Positions 1-34,800 are shown, counted from the stretch's first letter. The stretch: DNA of 64,000 nucleotides from the human T2T-CHM13v2.0 reference genome, Homo sapiens (GCF_009914755.1 NC_060925.1); one strand, 5' to 3'. The notes: generated by a model not told the origin, from the letters alone. Translations and numbers: made by a program.

Positions 1-755
1 AGCAGGCGCACAGTCACTAGTCATTGCCTGAAGGAGCAAGCGGTGAGGGAATAACAGACAGTGGAGGGCAGGGTAAGACAGCACAGTGGATGGGTGGCCA
101 GTGCTGCTCTGTGGGCAGGGAGGACCCGTGGGCCACCGAGTAGGGGAGATGGAGGTGGAGGAGAGAGATGCTGTGTGGGGGTGCGGGTTCCTTCCTTAGA
201 GAGCGAACTGAGGCTTGAAGGCCCTGCCCCATCCTGTTCCCTGGCTGCAGAAAAACGCTCTGTCGCAGCAGCTTCCAGCAGAGTGTTTGAGGTCCCAAGT
301 GGGGTCCTAGACCAAGGAGGTCCCTCATGAAGGGTCCCGCAGGGGGCCACCACCTCGCAGTGGGTCTCTCCAGGTCTGCTTGGGAATCTGGCAGATCTGG
401 GTTCAAATTCTGACTCTACCTCCAGGGGCTTTCTGCAGGAAGGCGCCTGGGATCTGTTTGCTCTTCCCCCAGCCCAGGACCAAGCGTCTTCGTCCTCCCA
501 GCACCCTTTGCCTGCTGGTGTTACAACACCTGTTTCCTCATCCTGCCTGACGCGGGATGGTGGAAATGGTGGAAGTCAGAGTGATGGTGACTAGAGAAGG
601 CCCTGACAGGGTGTGGGTGTGCGGATGGGGTGAGTGCGGAGGACAGATGGCCATGCCAATAGGGGCAGGCGTCTACAGGGCACTCAGAAGGGGCTGGCTG
701 CGTGGTTGGTTAGGAGCACTGGCTCTGGAGGCAAACACCCTGGGTTCAACCTAGG

Positions 756-2364
<1,609 letters not shown>

Positions 2365-2404
2365 TGAGCAACTTCTGTGTTCTCGACACCACTTACACAC
2401 TTTA

Positions 2405-2725
<321 letters not shown>

Positions 2726-2860
2726 CACTTACACACTTTAAACCAGGAAAGCAGAACTTTGCCCATTGGGCCTCACTCTGTCAGTGCCCCTCTATTTTCC
2801 AGGGTGCTAGGAGGGCTGGGTACCGGCCCTGGCTCCGGGTGATCTCCAGGGAGCCACTGA

Positions 2861-2948
2861 CCCCTCTCTGAGCCTGATTTTGTAGCTGTACACTAAGGGA
2901 ATCCCAACTCCCTTAGTGTACAGCTACAAAATCAGGCTCAGAGAGGGG
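2861..2948. repeat. Perfect 40-bp inverted repeat with 8-nt spacer
   Basis: 2861-2900 (cccctctctgagcctgattttgtagctgtacactaaggga) is the exact reverse complement of 2909-2948; the loop is atcccaac. Confidence 0.97.
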
Positions 2949-3050
2949 GATTCACTGGGTTATTTACTGATTTGTGGACTTACCACATACTCAGAGGCCA
3001 AGCCCTGTGCTGGCTGCAGTGATGTTGAGATGGATCAGCCCTGCCTGTGA

Positions 3051-3716
<666 letters not shown>

Positions 3717-3904
3717 TGAGTTCACTCACACATTCACTCCCCAAACATCTGCAGACACCCATGTGTGCCAGGCTCCGTGTGGCGGGCTGTGGGTATGGGG
3801 GTCAGGATGAATCAGGTGCCACCCTCTCCAGTGGGGAGCTTCTGGGATGACAGTGAGAGGAGGCCAACAGTAAAAGGAGTCATAAGCTTTAGAGAGGGGT
3901 CTGA

Positions 3905-6590
<2,686 letters not shown>

Positions 6591-7717
6591 ACGGCCTCAG
6601 GTTTCCTTTTTTCTTTCCCCCGTCAAGTGTTAAACATTTGTTACATGTGTTTCTCTCCCTCTCCATACATACACACACACGAATGTATTACTATATGTGT
6701 ATATATGGATGTGTTTTTTCTGAACCATTTGAGAGTAAATTGCAGACATGTTCCCTTTTACATCTATATATTACCCCTAAATATTATAGTATCTCCCCAA
6801 AACAAGGACATTCATTCACATGGTTCAATGATCAAATTCAGGAAACTTAATTTTGGTACAGTACTACTGCCTAATCCATGGGCTGTATTTGAATTCCAGC
6901 AACTATCCTCATAATATGCTTTATAGCAGTTTTTCCCCTCAATCCAGAGTCCAGTCCTAGATCACACATCATATTCAGTTGTCCTGTTTCTTCATTCTCC
7001 TTCAGACTGGAACAGTTCCTCTGCCTTTGTCTTGACATTGACATTTTGAAGCATCTGGACCAGTACTTATGTAGAATATCCCTCAGTCCCAGCTTGTGCA
7101 GTGTTTCCTCGATTAGCTTCAGGTTGTGGGTTTGGGGCAGGAAAAGCTTGCTTCCCAAAAGCGGTATCATGTCTGGAAGCGAGGTATTTAGGCCAGCTGC
7201 TGGCGGAATGGGTGGGGGCTGGAGGGAGGGGGTGCAGGGACAGTCGGGCAGTCACTATTGGCAGCCAGGATGCAGGGGTAAAGTGGGTGGTCTGAGGTGG
7301 CTCTGGCCAGCAGCTCCTGGGATGTTCGTTTGGGAGAGAGGGACGGCAGGTTTTGGATGAGTGGGATCGGACCTGTGGAGAGGCATCTGGAGGAAAGGCT
7401 AAGATGGCAGTTAGAGGCAGGTAGGGTCAGGAGCTTGGAGAGTGTGGAAGTCTAGTGTGTCTGTCAGGGAATGTGTCCCTCTTCCATTCTCTGTGTCTCT
7501 GGTGACAAGTCTCTCTCGGTTCCTACTTCCTGTCTCTCCCTGTCCCTTCATGCACTGCCACTTTCTGCCCTGTGTCCCTCAGCCCTGCAGCCCAGATGTC
7601 CAGATGCAAATCTGTCATTGACACCTGTCCCTGGGGGATTCTGGCTGGGTCATCTGCAGGGCCAGACTGGGGTCTGGACCTGACAAAGGCCTGCCCCACC
7701 CTGACACCCCACAGTGA

Positions 7718-11154
<3,437 letters not shown>

Positions 11155-13375
11155 TAATCCCAGAGGGCACGGAGGGGTCACCTATTGGGATCACTGCTTC
11201 TTTGTCATGTCTGCCTGTCATGTTTCTCTTGCAACTGTGTAAACTTGTAGTTTATAAACTTGCACACTTTGCACCCATTATTCTCATTCCACCTCACAAT
11301 TAATCCTGAGGTTGGCATGATTATCAGTATCTTATGATTGAGAAAACAAGGACTTGGAGACCCTAAGACTTGCCCAGGGTCCCTGTTAATAAGTGGGAGG
11401 ACTGAACTTGGCCATGGACAGTCTAACTCCAAGTTCATGGTGCTTTCCTCTCTCCACTACTGCTGCCTTCACTCCCTAGTTCGAGCCTCATCATTTTTCT
11501 CCTAAACTACTTCAGCAGGCTCTTACAAAAGCTGTCAGAAAGGCCTCCTAACTCCTTTCTTAGTCATTGATGGACCTCAGCTCCATCTTCTGGAACCTTC
11601 TGTGGCTGCCCATCATCATGGGATGATGCAAACCCCTTAACATGGCATCCAGGGTCCTTTATAAGCTGACTTGTCGCACCTCCCCGACCCATCTTCCTCC
11701 ACTCACTCTGCTGTCCACGCTCCAGCGAGAGAAATGCCCGCAGCTCCCTCATGGCGCCGGGACTCCTGCTCCAGAGCCCCACACCCAGGCCTTCTGCCAG
11801 CAGTGTTCTTCCTCCTTCAGGCTCACAGGCAAGGTGGGACTCGGATTTCTCACTCAGCAGCGGTGGTCCTGCCTCCTCTTCTGTGCTCCCACTGCACGCT
11901 CTACGTAGCTCAGGACAGGTTGTTTTTAGTGAGTCCTACCTGAGTCTCTGGCTGAAAAGAGTTCTGTCGGGGCAGGGACCTTACCTGCTCCAAGGCCAGA
12001 GAGGACCTGCTAAACGGGGCCAAACAGAATCACAGATGAGCGGGAGAGAGCCAGGCATGGGGTCAGAAAGACTAAGTTTACGTTCCGGTTCACTTACTCT
12101 GCCTGTGCTGGGTACTCCTCCGAGCGTCCTTTTTCTCACCAGTAGACCTGTGATATCCTCTGCAGCTGCTTTCTGTGACCTGCTTACTCTGTGGCAGGCC
12201 CCTGATATGCTTTGTCCCAACCAATTCTCACAGTGCTTCTGAGTTACACACCGGTGTCCTGCTTCACAGTTGAGAAGGTGAGAGGCACAGAGAGGTCAAA
12301 TAGTTTACCTGAGATCACACAGCCAACAAGTGGCAGGGCCAGAGCTTGCAATTGGGTCTGACCACACAGCCTGAGCTTCTAACTACCGTGGTCTGCTGAG
12401 AACGGGAGGGGATGAGACAGATCAAAAGTCCTTTACTATCCCCAGCTCTTGTTTTGGGATCTTGGGTGACTCGTATTTAATCACGTGTGGTAGGCAGCAG
12501 GTGGCAGTGGAAATTACAAGATGACTCCTGAGTGGTCTCAGCCCCAGCAGGGGCTTTTATCTGTGGCGTGAGCGTGGGAAGTCATTTTCTGACAATGGCT
12601 GGACTGAAACATCCGAAACACAGGCCTTGTGCCAGTGCTGAAAAGGGTACTTTCCAGAACCGACAGACCTTAGCCCGTGTCTTGGCTCCCAGTGGAGGGA
12701 CTCTGGGCCCGGTCACTGCTGTCGCCCTGGAACCACAACTTTTCCCCTCTGTGCGTTGGAATCTTGGTGCTGATCAGGGAGCTGTGCCGCACACTCTGTA
12801 AAGCGTGGTGGGGCGCCAAGACCTCTGCCTCTACAGGTCACAGGCGTGGCTCTGGGTCCAAACCTTGGCCCTGCTGTGGATCCCCGTGTGACCTTTGACA
12901 AGGCACACTTTCTCTCCTACATAAACTGGGAATTGAAACCACTCAGAGGGTAACTTGAGGATTAAAGAGCAGACGTCATGTAGCATCTGGCACGTGGGGG
13001 AACGCAATGGAAGTCCTCTTTCTTCTGGGCCACCTCAGCTCAGGCGTCGTCACAAGGCTTTGTGGCTCCTTTCTTACGGTATCCCCACTTTGCTTTTTTC
13101 CCCTTCAGCAAGAGAATTAAAGGACATTGACCAAATTCCTAAGTGGAAAATCCCAGGAACACCCTGTCTCCAACCCCCAACCCTATCCTCATTTTCTACC
13201 CTGATCCCTTTCTCCCTTGCCAGAGAATATTTCACATGCATGTAGCAAAAACACCAGGGGTCTTGAGAGGTCATAGCCTGAAAAGGAAGTAGAGAGAGAA
13301 GCAGAGGAAGTGACACTTAACGTGAATGACCGTTTTTCATGGACTCTGCTTCCCCATTTCTTGAGACCCTGATGA

Positions 13376-13699
<324 letters not shown>

Positions 13700-13968
13700 T
13701 AGAAAGGTTCCTACTGTCTTTCCCATGGGCTCTAGGGCTTTGGCAAGGAAAATGAGTTCAGTCCCCAACATACTACCCTCCCTGCAGCATACAGGAAAAT
13801 GAAAGGGTTGCAAAGTGTTGAGACAGAACAAATCGTGGTTTCTAGGCTAGCAAAGACCGTAGGGCATCCAGGCCACCTCTTTCCCTGCACAGATGAGGAA
13901 ACTGCCCTACAGAAGGGAAGGAACTTGCCTAACGCTAAAGATCCTCATTGACTCGGACTCTTTTGCAG

Positions 13969-14024
13969 ATGATGATGAACATGATTATGAAGAAATACTT
14001 GAGCAATTTCAGAAAACCATCTAA
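13969..14024 (+). CDS. THEMIS2: THEMIS2 last coding exon 6 (DDDEHDYEEILEQFQKTI*; YEEI Src-family SH2 motif at 13986-13997)
   Basis: Acceptor ctcttttgcag|AT at 13968/13969. Stop TAA at 14022-14024, in frame with exon 5. Confidence 0.93.
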
Positions 14025-14750
14025 GTGCTGGAGGAACCACGCTTCCTAACTGCTGCTTCTCAGGGAATCCGACACCAGCCAACCATTTTAAGCCTCTAAA
14101 AGACCTCGGGCAAGTCTCACAGAAACTGAGCTGCAGACGGGGAGTAGCTTTGTGGAAACTGATTTGATGGACACTGCACCAGCTTCCTTCAGGTTCTAGA
14201 TTCTTGCTACTTAGGGCGGGCTGGTTTGGACCTAACATCTCGCACGTGACTCCCTCAGCCTCAGAGCCTTGGGATGCAGAGCAGCTGGCAGGGTTCCTCT
14301 CAATCCTGCAACCCCAGCTGTCCCACCGGTGGATGCAGAGGGGAATCCGAGGCCATCAACCTTGGTGACAGCAGCGCAGTGCCAATGCTGATCACACTGC
14401 ATGGGAGATTTTGTTAACGTCTGCCACCCCCACTCTCACCCCCAAGCTCTAAGCCCCCGGGAGGCCTGGACTGTCTTCCTCATCTCTGTAGCACCAAGCC
14501 TGATAGATCTGTATATGGTAAACAGGGGTTTAACCACATGTGGTTAACATGGATTAATGTGGGAACTTGGCTTCAAGAACACAACCTTAGGACCTTGGGC
14601 CCCAAAAGCTGGTGGTGAAATGAGGAGGAGCCAATTTAAGAAGACCCTTATGGAGACCTGAGGCTGCAGAAACTGGTAGGTTTCATCAGGTGGTTAAAGT
14701 CGTCAAAGTTGTAAGTGACTAACCAAGATTATTTCATTTTAAAACCATAG

Positions 14751-14756
14751 AATAAA
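14751..14756 (+). terminator. THEMIS2: THEMIS2 polyadenylation signal AATAAA (3'UTR about 14025-14775)
   Basis: Canonical AATAAA about 730 nt after the stop codon. Confidence 0.8.
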
Positions 14757-16020
14757 AATGACACCTGAGCTTCTCTATGAATGAGAACGGTATCATTTAT
14801 TAAATTCTGACTGCGTGCCAGGCACTTACAAACCATATCCAAATCCTCAACTTTCCAGAATGCCTGATTTTAAAGATTAGGGAACAGGCTGCATGGTCAA
14901 GTACCTTAGGACGCTGACAAGTTGCAGTTAAGGGTGAGGACCTGGAAAGTATGAGACTGGGTTAGGATCCCAGCTTGCTACCTACCAGCCAGGGCTATGA
15001 GCAAGTTATTTTAACCTAAGTTTCAGTTTTTTGACATGTCAGATGAAACTATAGTTACTACCCCAGAAGACTGACTGTTTTAAGGATCAAATGAGATAAT
15101 CTTTGTAAACCATTTAGTACAGTGCCTAGCACATAGTAAACATTCAACAAACATGCATCATTATTGAGCAAGATCGTGTAGCTGTTCTGTCTCCAAAGCC
15201 TATACTCTTTCCACCCCTCCACAATGTTTCCTAGTCACGGAATACATCCCAGTGTTAAAAATATACCATATCCCTAGACTGTGGAGATAGAGTATACTGA
15301 CTGGTTGGTGGGCCTCCCTGTCTTTAGTGGAGATAATACAAGCCTTTGTCCGTGCAGAGACTAACCCAGTTTTCAGAGGCAGTCAAGGCCCGTTCAGTGA
15401 GACAAGACCACAGGCCACATTTCCTCTAAGTAGTGGGACTTTGGTTTATGGACTGATGCGGTCACAGACAGCAAAGGCAGGAAACAGACAAAGAGATGAA
15501 CTGAGACTCCAGCTGAGATGGGAGCCTAAAGAGGGTGAGATGCCCACTTCCTGGTTTCTAGGCATCGCCCCTGGGTGTGTCCTTCCTTTGCTTAACATCT
15601 CCCTGGGCTGCCTGGACTCGCTGCACTTTTTAGCCTCCAGGCCTCCATACTCCAGCATGGAGTTCTCCAGGTGACTACTGAGTGGCTCCTACAGGCTGCT
15701 GGGCCAGTCACCAGGATCTGACATCCCATCCTCATCTGCCCACCAGCTCCCATGCCCTTCTCCAGAGAAGTCAACCTGCGCTGCAAAGGAGGACCCTGAG
15801 GAAGAGAGTACCATAGGGAGAAGCAACAGGCAAGAAAGTCAGACAGAAAGTTCCTCCTTGGCACAGAATCCGGAGGGGCTAGGGTGATGCACAAAATGCC
15901 AATAGTTTTCATTTCCACATTTGCATTTACTCTTGGCACAAAATTGAGCAAGATGAGTAACAAAGCCACAAAAGCAGGGGTAAAAGAGGGCTACCAGTTC
16001 CTATAAAATGGGCTGAGTAG

Positions 16021-17005
<985 letters not shown>

Positions 17006-17214
17006 GTTTCGTCAGAACAATGAGGATTAGCAGGGATCCAACTAGAGGTAGATACCAGCCTCAGAGTGCATTTATTTTCTTTACCCCTGGAATAAGCCAC
17101 AGGGTGGTGGGGTGTTATAATGGGACTAGGGATTCCCCCTAGGCAGTGGTCTCCAAAGTGGGGAGCACACAGCCCTAGGGAAACACAAGATGATCACTGG
17201 GAGACAGAAAGTAA

Positions 17215-17382
<168 letters not shown>

Positions 17383-18219
17383 TAATATTCTTTCTCATTT
17401 CTACCTTTGAATGATTATATTTAACATACCAATACAGTAGTAGACATAAATAATTGCTAAACAAATGACTATAACCTGGAGATGGATGCTCAAAAACTTA
17501 TCAATGGGTTGGACTTCCCTTCCGCCAACTGCATTTTTAAAAACAAATCTATTAATCCACACCAGATACTAATTCTTAGTGGCCTTCCTCTAGTTAAACC
17601 CAATAAAGTAGTACTATTCTCCAAGGAGCCTCATTTCCCACCTGTATATGTAGGGATTCTCCTATGAGCAGGCTGGACCCATTGCTAGGCCGTGACACTG
17701 GTGGTTTCTAAGAACCTGGGTCACACGGCTATCTCAACAATGGGCCAAGAGAACACTGTACATGTGACCTATCAGGTGGACCACAAATGCCCAAGATGCA
17801 AGTTTGTCCTGCCTGAGCAGAGCAGAAGCTCTACAAAGCCTGGAGTTTCATTCTGAGAAGTGGCCTGGCTGGCTCTCCTGCCTGTGCTCATCCCACAGGT
17901 CCCAGCAGCGGTCAGAAATCACACAACCCCCATGAGACTGTGGAAATGGCAAGATGGCAGGGAATCCAGCACCACTGAGCAACTATTCTGTGCTGCTGGG
18001 AATGCTGAACCAGCCTGTCCCGTGACGCCAATCTCTTATTGTGCTTTATATTCCTAGTACCTGACCTACGGGTTGATACAGCAGGTATCCAATAAGCACT
18101 AAATTAACAAGCAGTTGTTAATTGCTAAGTCGTCATCTGATTTTTATCAAAAGAAAAAAAAACCGGTCAGGCTCACGCCTATAATCCCAGCACCTTGGGA
18201 GGCCAAGGTGGGCGGATCA

Positions 18220-18546
<327 letters not shown>

Positions 18547-18814
18547 TTACCAACCATAAAAGTATCCCGTCATATATTCCAAATTCAAATACACGATTTT
18601 ACTTGTTTTTAGTCATTGTTCTTTGAGAAAATAACCAAGAAGGAACACACTTGCAAATGAACATGCTGGCTGAGTTTTACACATTTGCATAGTTCCGCAG
18701 ATGTTAACAACTCTGCATGTATAGAAAACAACCATACATTCATCCACTGTTAGAAACCAAGTAGGTGGAGCCTTCTCTACACAGCTGCTAGATCTCATTT
18801 AGAAACAGAGTTAA

Positions 18815-18940
<126 letters not shown>

Positions 18941-19653
18941 TGAGTAGCTGGGACTACAGGCGCCCACCACCTTGCCTGGCTAATTTTTTGTATTTTTAGC
19001 AGAGATGGAGTTTCACCGAATTAGCCAGGATGATCTCGATCTCCTGACCTTGTGATCTGCCTGCCTCGGCCTCCCAAAGAGCTGGGATTACAGGCGTGAG
19101 CCACCGCGCCCGGCCAGAGAATTCTTATTGGGATGTTACGTCTCACTAACTTTATCTCAAAATTGGTTCTTTTATTCAAGATGTAGATTACTTTCAGGAG
19201 TTGTCAAAAACATCATTGAACTAGTTTCTTTTTCTGTAAGAAACAGCCAATCAAGTTGGCCAAAAAATGACCATAGGCTTTTGGAAAGTCTCATCTTGAG
19301 GCCAAATGGGTAGCTATTTGATTCAGTTACATGATCACACACTGCCAAAGAGTCAACATTAAAGTCCATTATATAATCCCTTTAAATGGCAATACTAGAT
19401 TTAGACGCTTTACAGACTATGTTTTTTTCAATCTTCACAACAAACCCAGGGGAAATAACGTTTTCTTTTTGTAAATGAGGAAATGGAGGTTCTCAGAGCT
19501 GACATAGCCTGCTCAAGATTCTAACTAAAAAGTGGGAAAGCCAGAATTCAAATCCAAGTTTCACTATGTTACACTGCCTCAGATGATAAAGTGGTCATTA
19601 CACTGCTCAGAAAGAAAAACGAGAATTTTTACAAGTTACTACAATAGAACTGT

Positions 19654-19680
19654 TTTATTAAACATATGACTGTATTTATT
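19654..19680 (-). terminator. RPA2: RPA2 tandem polyadenylation signals (two AATAAA on - strand)
   Basis: tttatt on the + strand at 19654-19659 and 19675-19680, about 590-610 nt downstream of the RPA2 stop. Confidence 0.8.
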
Positions 19681-20264
19681 TTGTACAAAATGCAGTAACA
19701 CTTCTTCTTTTCCTCTGCCCCTGGAGGCACTACCGCAGAACTTCATGTTCACAGAAACACACGTCATGGCAAGTGTGTCAAAAAGTCATGACAAGCAGGA
19801 AAGTGCAATTCTGAAAGTAATGCCACACAACCAAAGTGGGAAATGAAAACAGGCAGAGGCCAGCAGGTTTCTCGGCTAGGGCTCTGCCTATAACGCCCTG
19901 GTCCTGCTCATCTTTCAGCAGTAAACATTTTAAGAAGAGAAACTCCTGAGCACTATGTAAGTACTCTCCTGGTAGCATCCTTCCAATTCCATCTATCTTG
20001 ATGTTGTAACAAGCTTATTTGTAACTTCCTCAAGAAATCCCACCCTGGATTGCATCCCTGTCAATTGCCCATCTCCCTCTGAGCTTCAAACAAAACAAAA
20101 TAAAACAGAAGAGCAGTAAGTTTCAAAAGGAAGTCAGAGGAGACATTTGATAGATGAAACCTACTTCCTAGAAGCCCCCTGGCCAGACATATGCAGAGCT
20201 GGAGACAACAGATTGTGAAACTAGGTCCAGCTGTAAAATATCTCAGGTACCCAGTTAGATCCAG

Positions 20265-20459
<195 letters not shown>

Positions 20460-21378
20460 TTAGCTAAGAATTCACAAGTATTCTGCACATAGAAAGCTCT
20501 CACAGGGAGAAATGCCAGTAAAATAGCAAAACAGAGCTTATTCATGGAGACAATGGCTATTAGGGCTGTCTTGGATCCCTCTCCCAAATTGTGCAAAGGA
20601 AAGACAACAGGGCCTCACTTAAATACAGTCTAAGCAGGAAAACAAGGATCTAAAGCTGTAGTCACACTTGCACACAAAATCTCCTAGTAGAAACCACTGT
20701 CTTTAAAAGTCCCCCTTTTCCAGCCACACACTGAAACCCCGTTGGTCCCTCTCAGGGAAGTAAAGTTGTGGGAAGCAAAGGAAACACTCTGAAACCTTCA
20801 AACCCTTCAAGGTCCTCAGGGTTAGTGTCAGTAACGTATTTAATAGCCACAATCTACAGAGCACCTAAGTAACAGCAGTTCTCTACCTCATCAGCACGCA
20901 ACTCTGAGATAGGAATTATTATCCTAATTTTACAGGACAGGAAATGGAATCAGCCCTGAGCATTTCTTATCTATCTAGGCCTGGCAGGTCAATTGATTTA
21001 TAGTAACAAATAACTATCACAAGCACCATAAGTCAGTTTGTTTGATTGGTTTACTACACTGGAATCAGGAGGCTGCTTGTCTAAGATGGAATCAGGACAA
21101 GGGTGTTGGAAGGACTGATTGTTTAATAAGGTACAGATAGCCTAATACACTCATGTCCACAATGGGGACAGTAACAGCAACAGGACTGTACACCTGACGA
21201 CCAGGAGCTAAGGACTTCCTTCCTCCAGTCTAAATCCCATAATGAAATCAGGTCAACTTTTTGCTCAGAATTATTATATATCCCTCACATATAGTGGTCC
21301 TTAGTGCTTGCTGAATGAGTGATGTGATGGGTAGCACCATTTTGGCCCATAGTCTTTTTCCTATTTTTCCATAGCTGA

Positions 21379-21639
<261 letters not shown>

Positions 21640-21682
21640 TGAGTTCAAGCAATCTGCCCACCTCAGCCTCCCAAAGTGCTAG

Positions 21683-22026
<344 letters not shown>

Positions 22027-22112
22027 TAAACCCACTTCTCACTATCAGGAAACCCTTGTGAGGTGAAATAGGTACAATGCCAGAGCCTGAGCTCATGAAA
22101 ATCAAATACTTA

Positions 22113-22232
<120 letters not shown>

Positions 22233-22235
22233 TTA

Positions 22236-22553
<318 letters not shown>

Positions 22554-23276
22554 TTACTACTTAAAATAGCTCGTTAAGCAGCTTACAAAAAACAATTTAT
22601 AAACAGTTTCCCAGTTTATAACACTGCTTACATTGGAGTGGACAGCTATTATCTAATGAGTATTTCACAGGAAGATAAAGTAACTCCCCGAAGCACATAA
22701 ATATCAAAAAGAGAAAGATACTCTTGGCTCCTTTTGTTTGTGATGTCAGACGAACCAGAGAAGAGTAGCAGCAAGAAGAAAATTACCCAGAGTCTGCTAT
22801 TTTGGTATCCATGGAGCCCAATCATTCAAGCATTCACTGAGTGTCAATAGGCATGAAGCACCACAGGCAGAGAAAAGGAGACACAGTCCCTATCGTCCTC
22901 TCTTTCTTTCTTTTTTTTTAACCACCAAATTCTTAAAATGCTCTGCAATCACTATTTTCATTTCCTTTCTCCCCAGTCACTCCTCAGCCCACCATATTTG
23001 GGTTGTCCCCCAGTACACCTCTGAAACTGTTTTCACCAAAGTCACCAAAGACTTTTCAACCAATTATCCAAAAGTCTCTTTCAGTCCTCCTAATACTTGA
23101 CCTCTCGGAAGCAGACACTGCTGACCACACTCCTCTTGAAATGTATTCCTCCCTGGGCTTCTTGACACCACATTCTTCTGGTTCTCCATCTGCCTCTCAA
23201 ACTGAACCTTCTCAGTATCCCTCATTAGCCTCTTCTATCTGTCTCCCAAAAAGCTGACAGTGTCCCCAGGATCTCA

Positions 23277-23603
<327 letters not shown>

Positions 23604-23654
23604 TCAGGAGATCGAGATCATCCTGGCTAACACGGTGAAACCCCTTCTCTACTA

Positions 23655-23901
<247 letters not shown>

Positions 23902-25019
23902 TTACCATGGCCTCCAAAGCCCCATATAATCTGGGCCCTGCCTCCTTGCCTACAACCCTCTCCCTCTCCCCTGTCATTCACTTCACTCCAGACACTGGCC
24001 TTGCTGGTTTCAGAGATGTCATGCTTACTCCACACTCCTGGCTCTTGCACATCCTAGTCCCTCTGGTTTAGAATGTTCCTCATCTAAAATTGTACCATTC
24101 TTGTTCCCTCCATCAGCCTCTTCTCCTGTTTTATTTACTTCAGAGCACCTATATAACTACCTAAAATTATACATATATTTTTGTTTATTACTTGTTTCTC
24201 CCAAGAATGTAAGTATATAGTGTTCACTGCTATACTCGAATGCCGACTAGAATGATTGGGACTATCAAATCAAAGTAGGCGCAATAAATATTTTTCTTTT
24301 TCTTTATTTTTTTTTGAGACAAGGTTGCTCTGTTGCCCAGGCTGCAGTGAGTGGCACGATCACAGCTCAATGCAGCCTTGACCTCCTGGGCTTAAGTGAT
24401 CTCCCAACCTCAGCCTTCCAAGTAGCCCATCTAATTCTTTAATTTTTTTTGTAGAGACAGGGTCTCCCTATGTTGCCCAGCGTGGTGTCTTGAACTGGGC
24501 TCAAGTGATGCCCCCACACCAGCCTCCCAAAGTGCTGAGATTTCAGGCCATGAACCACCACACCTTGCCCTGAGGGCTTTCTAATACTACAGTCAACTCT
24601 AGTTTTGCATGGTCCTAGATGGACTTGTCAAAGTGAATTCACACAATGGAAAATACTAGGGAGAAATTTCAATATGAACCAAGAAATATAATTTCAGGGA
24701 AAAAATAATAATACATAATTTTTCCTACTTAGCCAGTAAGTTGGAAGGAAGACAGCAAAATGCTGTCCTGAAGGGGACTACTCTCTGAGTATGCACTGAC
24801 AATCCTGGAGCTAAGAGCTATATAAGAGCTAAGAGCCTATAATTACATGTCTACACCTGAGGGTTGTCACAGGCCTCAGCTGTCCAGGCCAGTGGAGTCA
24901 GAGGAACTCCTAATTCTGAGAGAAACATGAGTGTTTCATCTGGAATAAAATACAATGACAAAGCTAATGGAGAAAGTGTTCTGAGGACTTAGTGATGTCT
25001 TTCTCTGGCTCGGCCTTCA

Positions 25020-25223
<204 letters not shown>

Positions 25224-25735
25224 CTATTAAAATGAAGGAAAAAAATGTGAATAAAATATGAACATACATTAATTTCAGGTCAACACTGTGGCTCTTTCCT
25301 TGGTTATAATATTAATATTTCACCAATATGAGAAAAATGTTATATACTCTCAGAGGTATTCCAAATATGGTCAAACATGAGGAGAAAAAAAACTAAAACT
25401 AATAGCTAAGGGACATTTAATAATTTTCCCAAGATTGCATAACCAAGCAAAATCTAGACTCCTGACTCCGAATCTAGTGTTCTCCTTTCTCCAACTAATG
25501 AACGCCACAGATAGCAATTGTAGAAGGAGATTCTGTTCTTTCTTTACCATTCTGTTAATTTCATGTTAAGGTTAAAAAAAAAAAAAAGAAAAGTTATTTC
25601 CTTTTGAAGAGAGTAAGAAATAACTTCCCATTAAACAGGGAGACTTAAGTATTTTAACTATCCAAAAGCCATGACATGAATCTAGAAACTGCTTCATGCA
25701 AAAACACTTTAACTGTTATTTTATTCTGACTTTAC

Positions 25736-25810
25736 CTGAAAAGATCTCAGGTGGCCTGCCACTTTCACATATGTTTCTGGAGGAACCACAGTGTTTTCAC
25801 TGCTGGTGTC
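25736..25810 (-). CDS. RPA2: RPA2 exon 5 (DTSSENTVVPPETYVKVAGHLRSFQ)
   Basis: Acceptor atgttag|GAC and donor CAG|gtaaag; 75 nt. Confidence 0.96.
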
Positions 25811-25989
25811 CTAACATAAAATACAAACATGTCATTAAAGTTTTAGTGATGCTGGTAAAAGCCTCTTTAACGTTTCTATATTATGTATAGAAAGAGAAAG
25901 TTACGAAGTAGAAGAGTTAAAGGATCCTAAAATGGCATTAAGTAGTTTGCCCTGCCTTTTACAACTTATTTTGTAAAACCAGGAATTAG

Positions 25990-34800
<8,811 letters not shown>

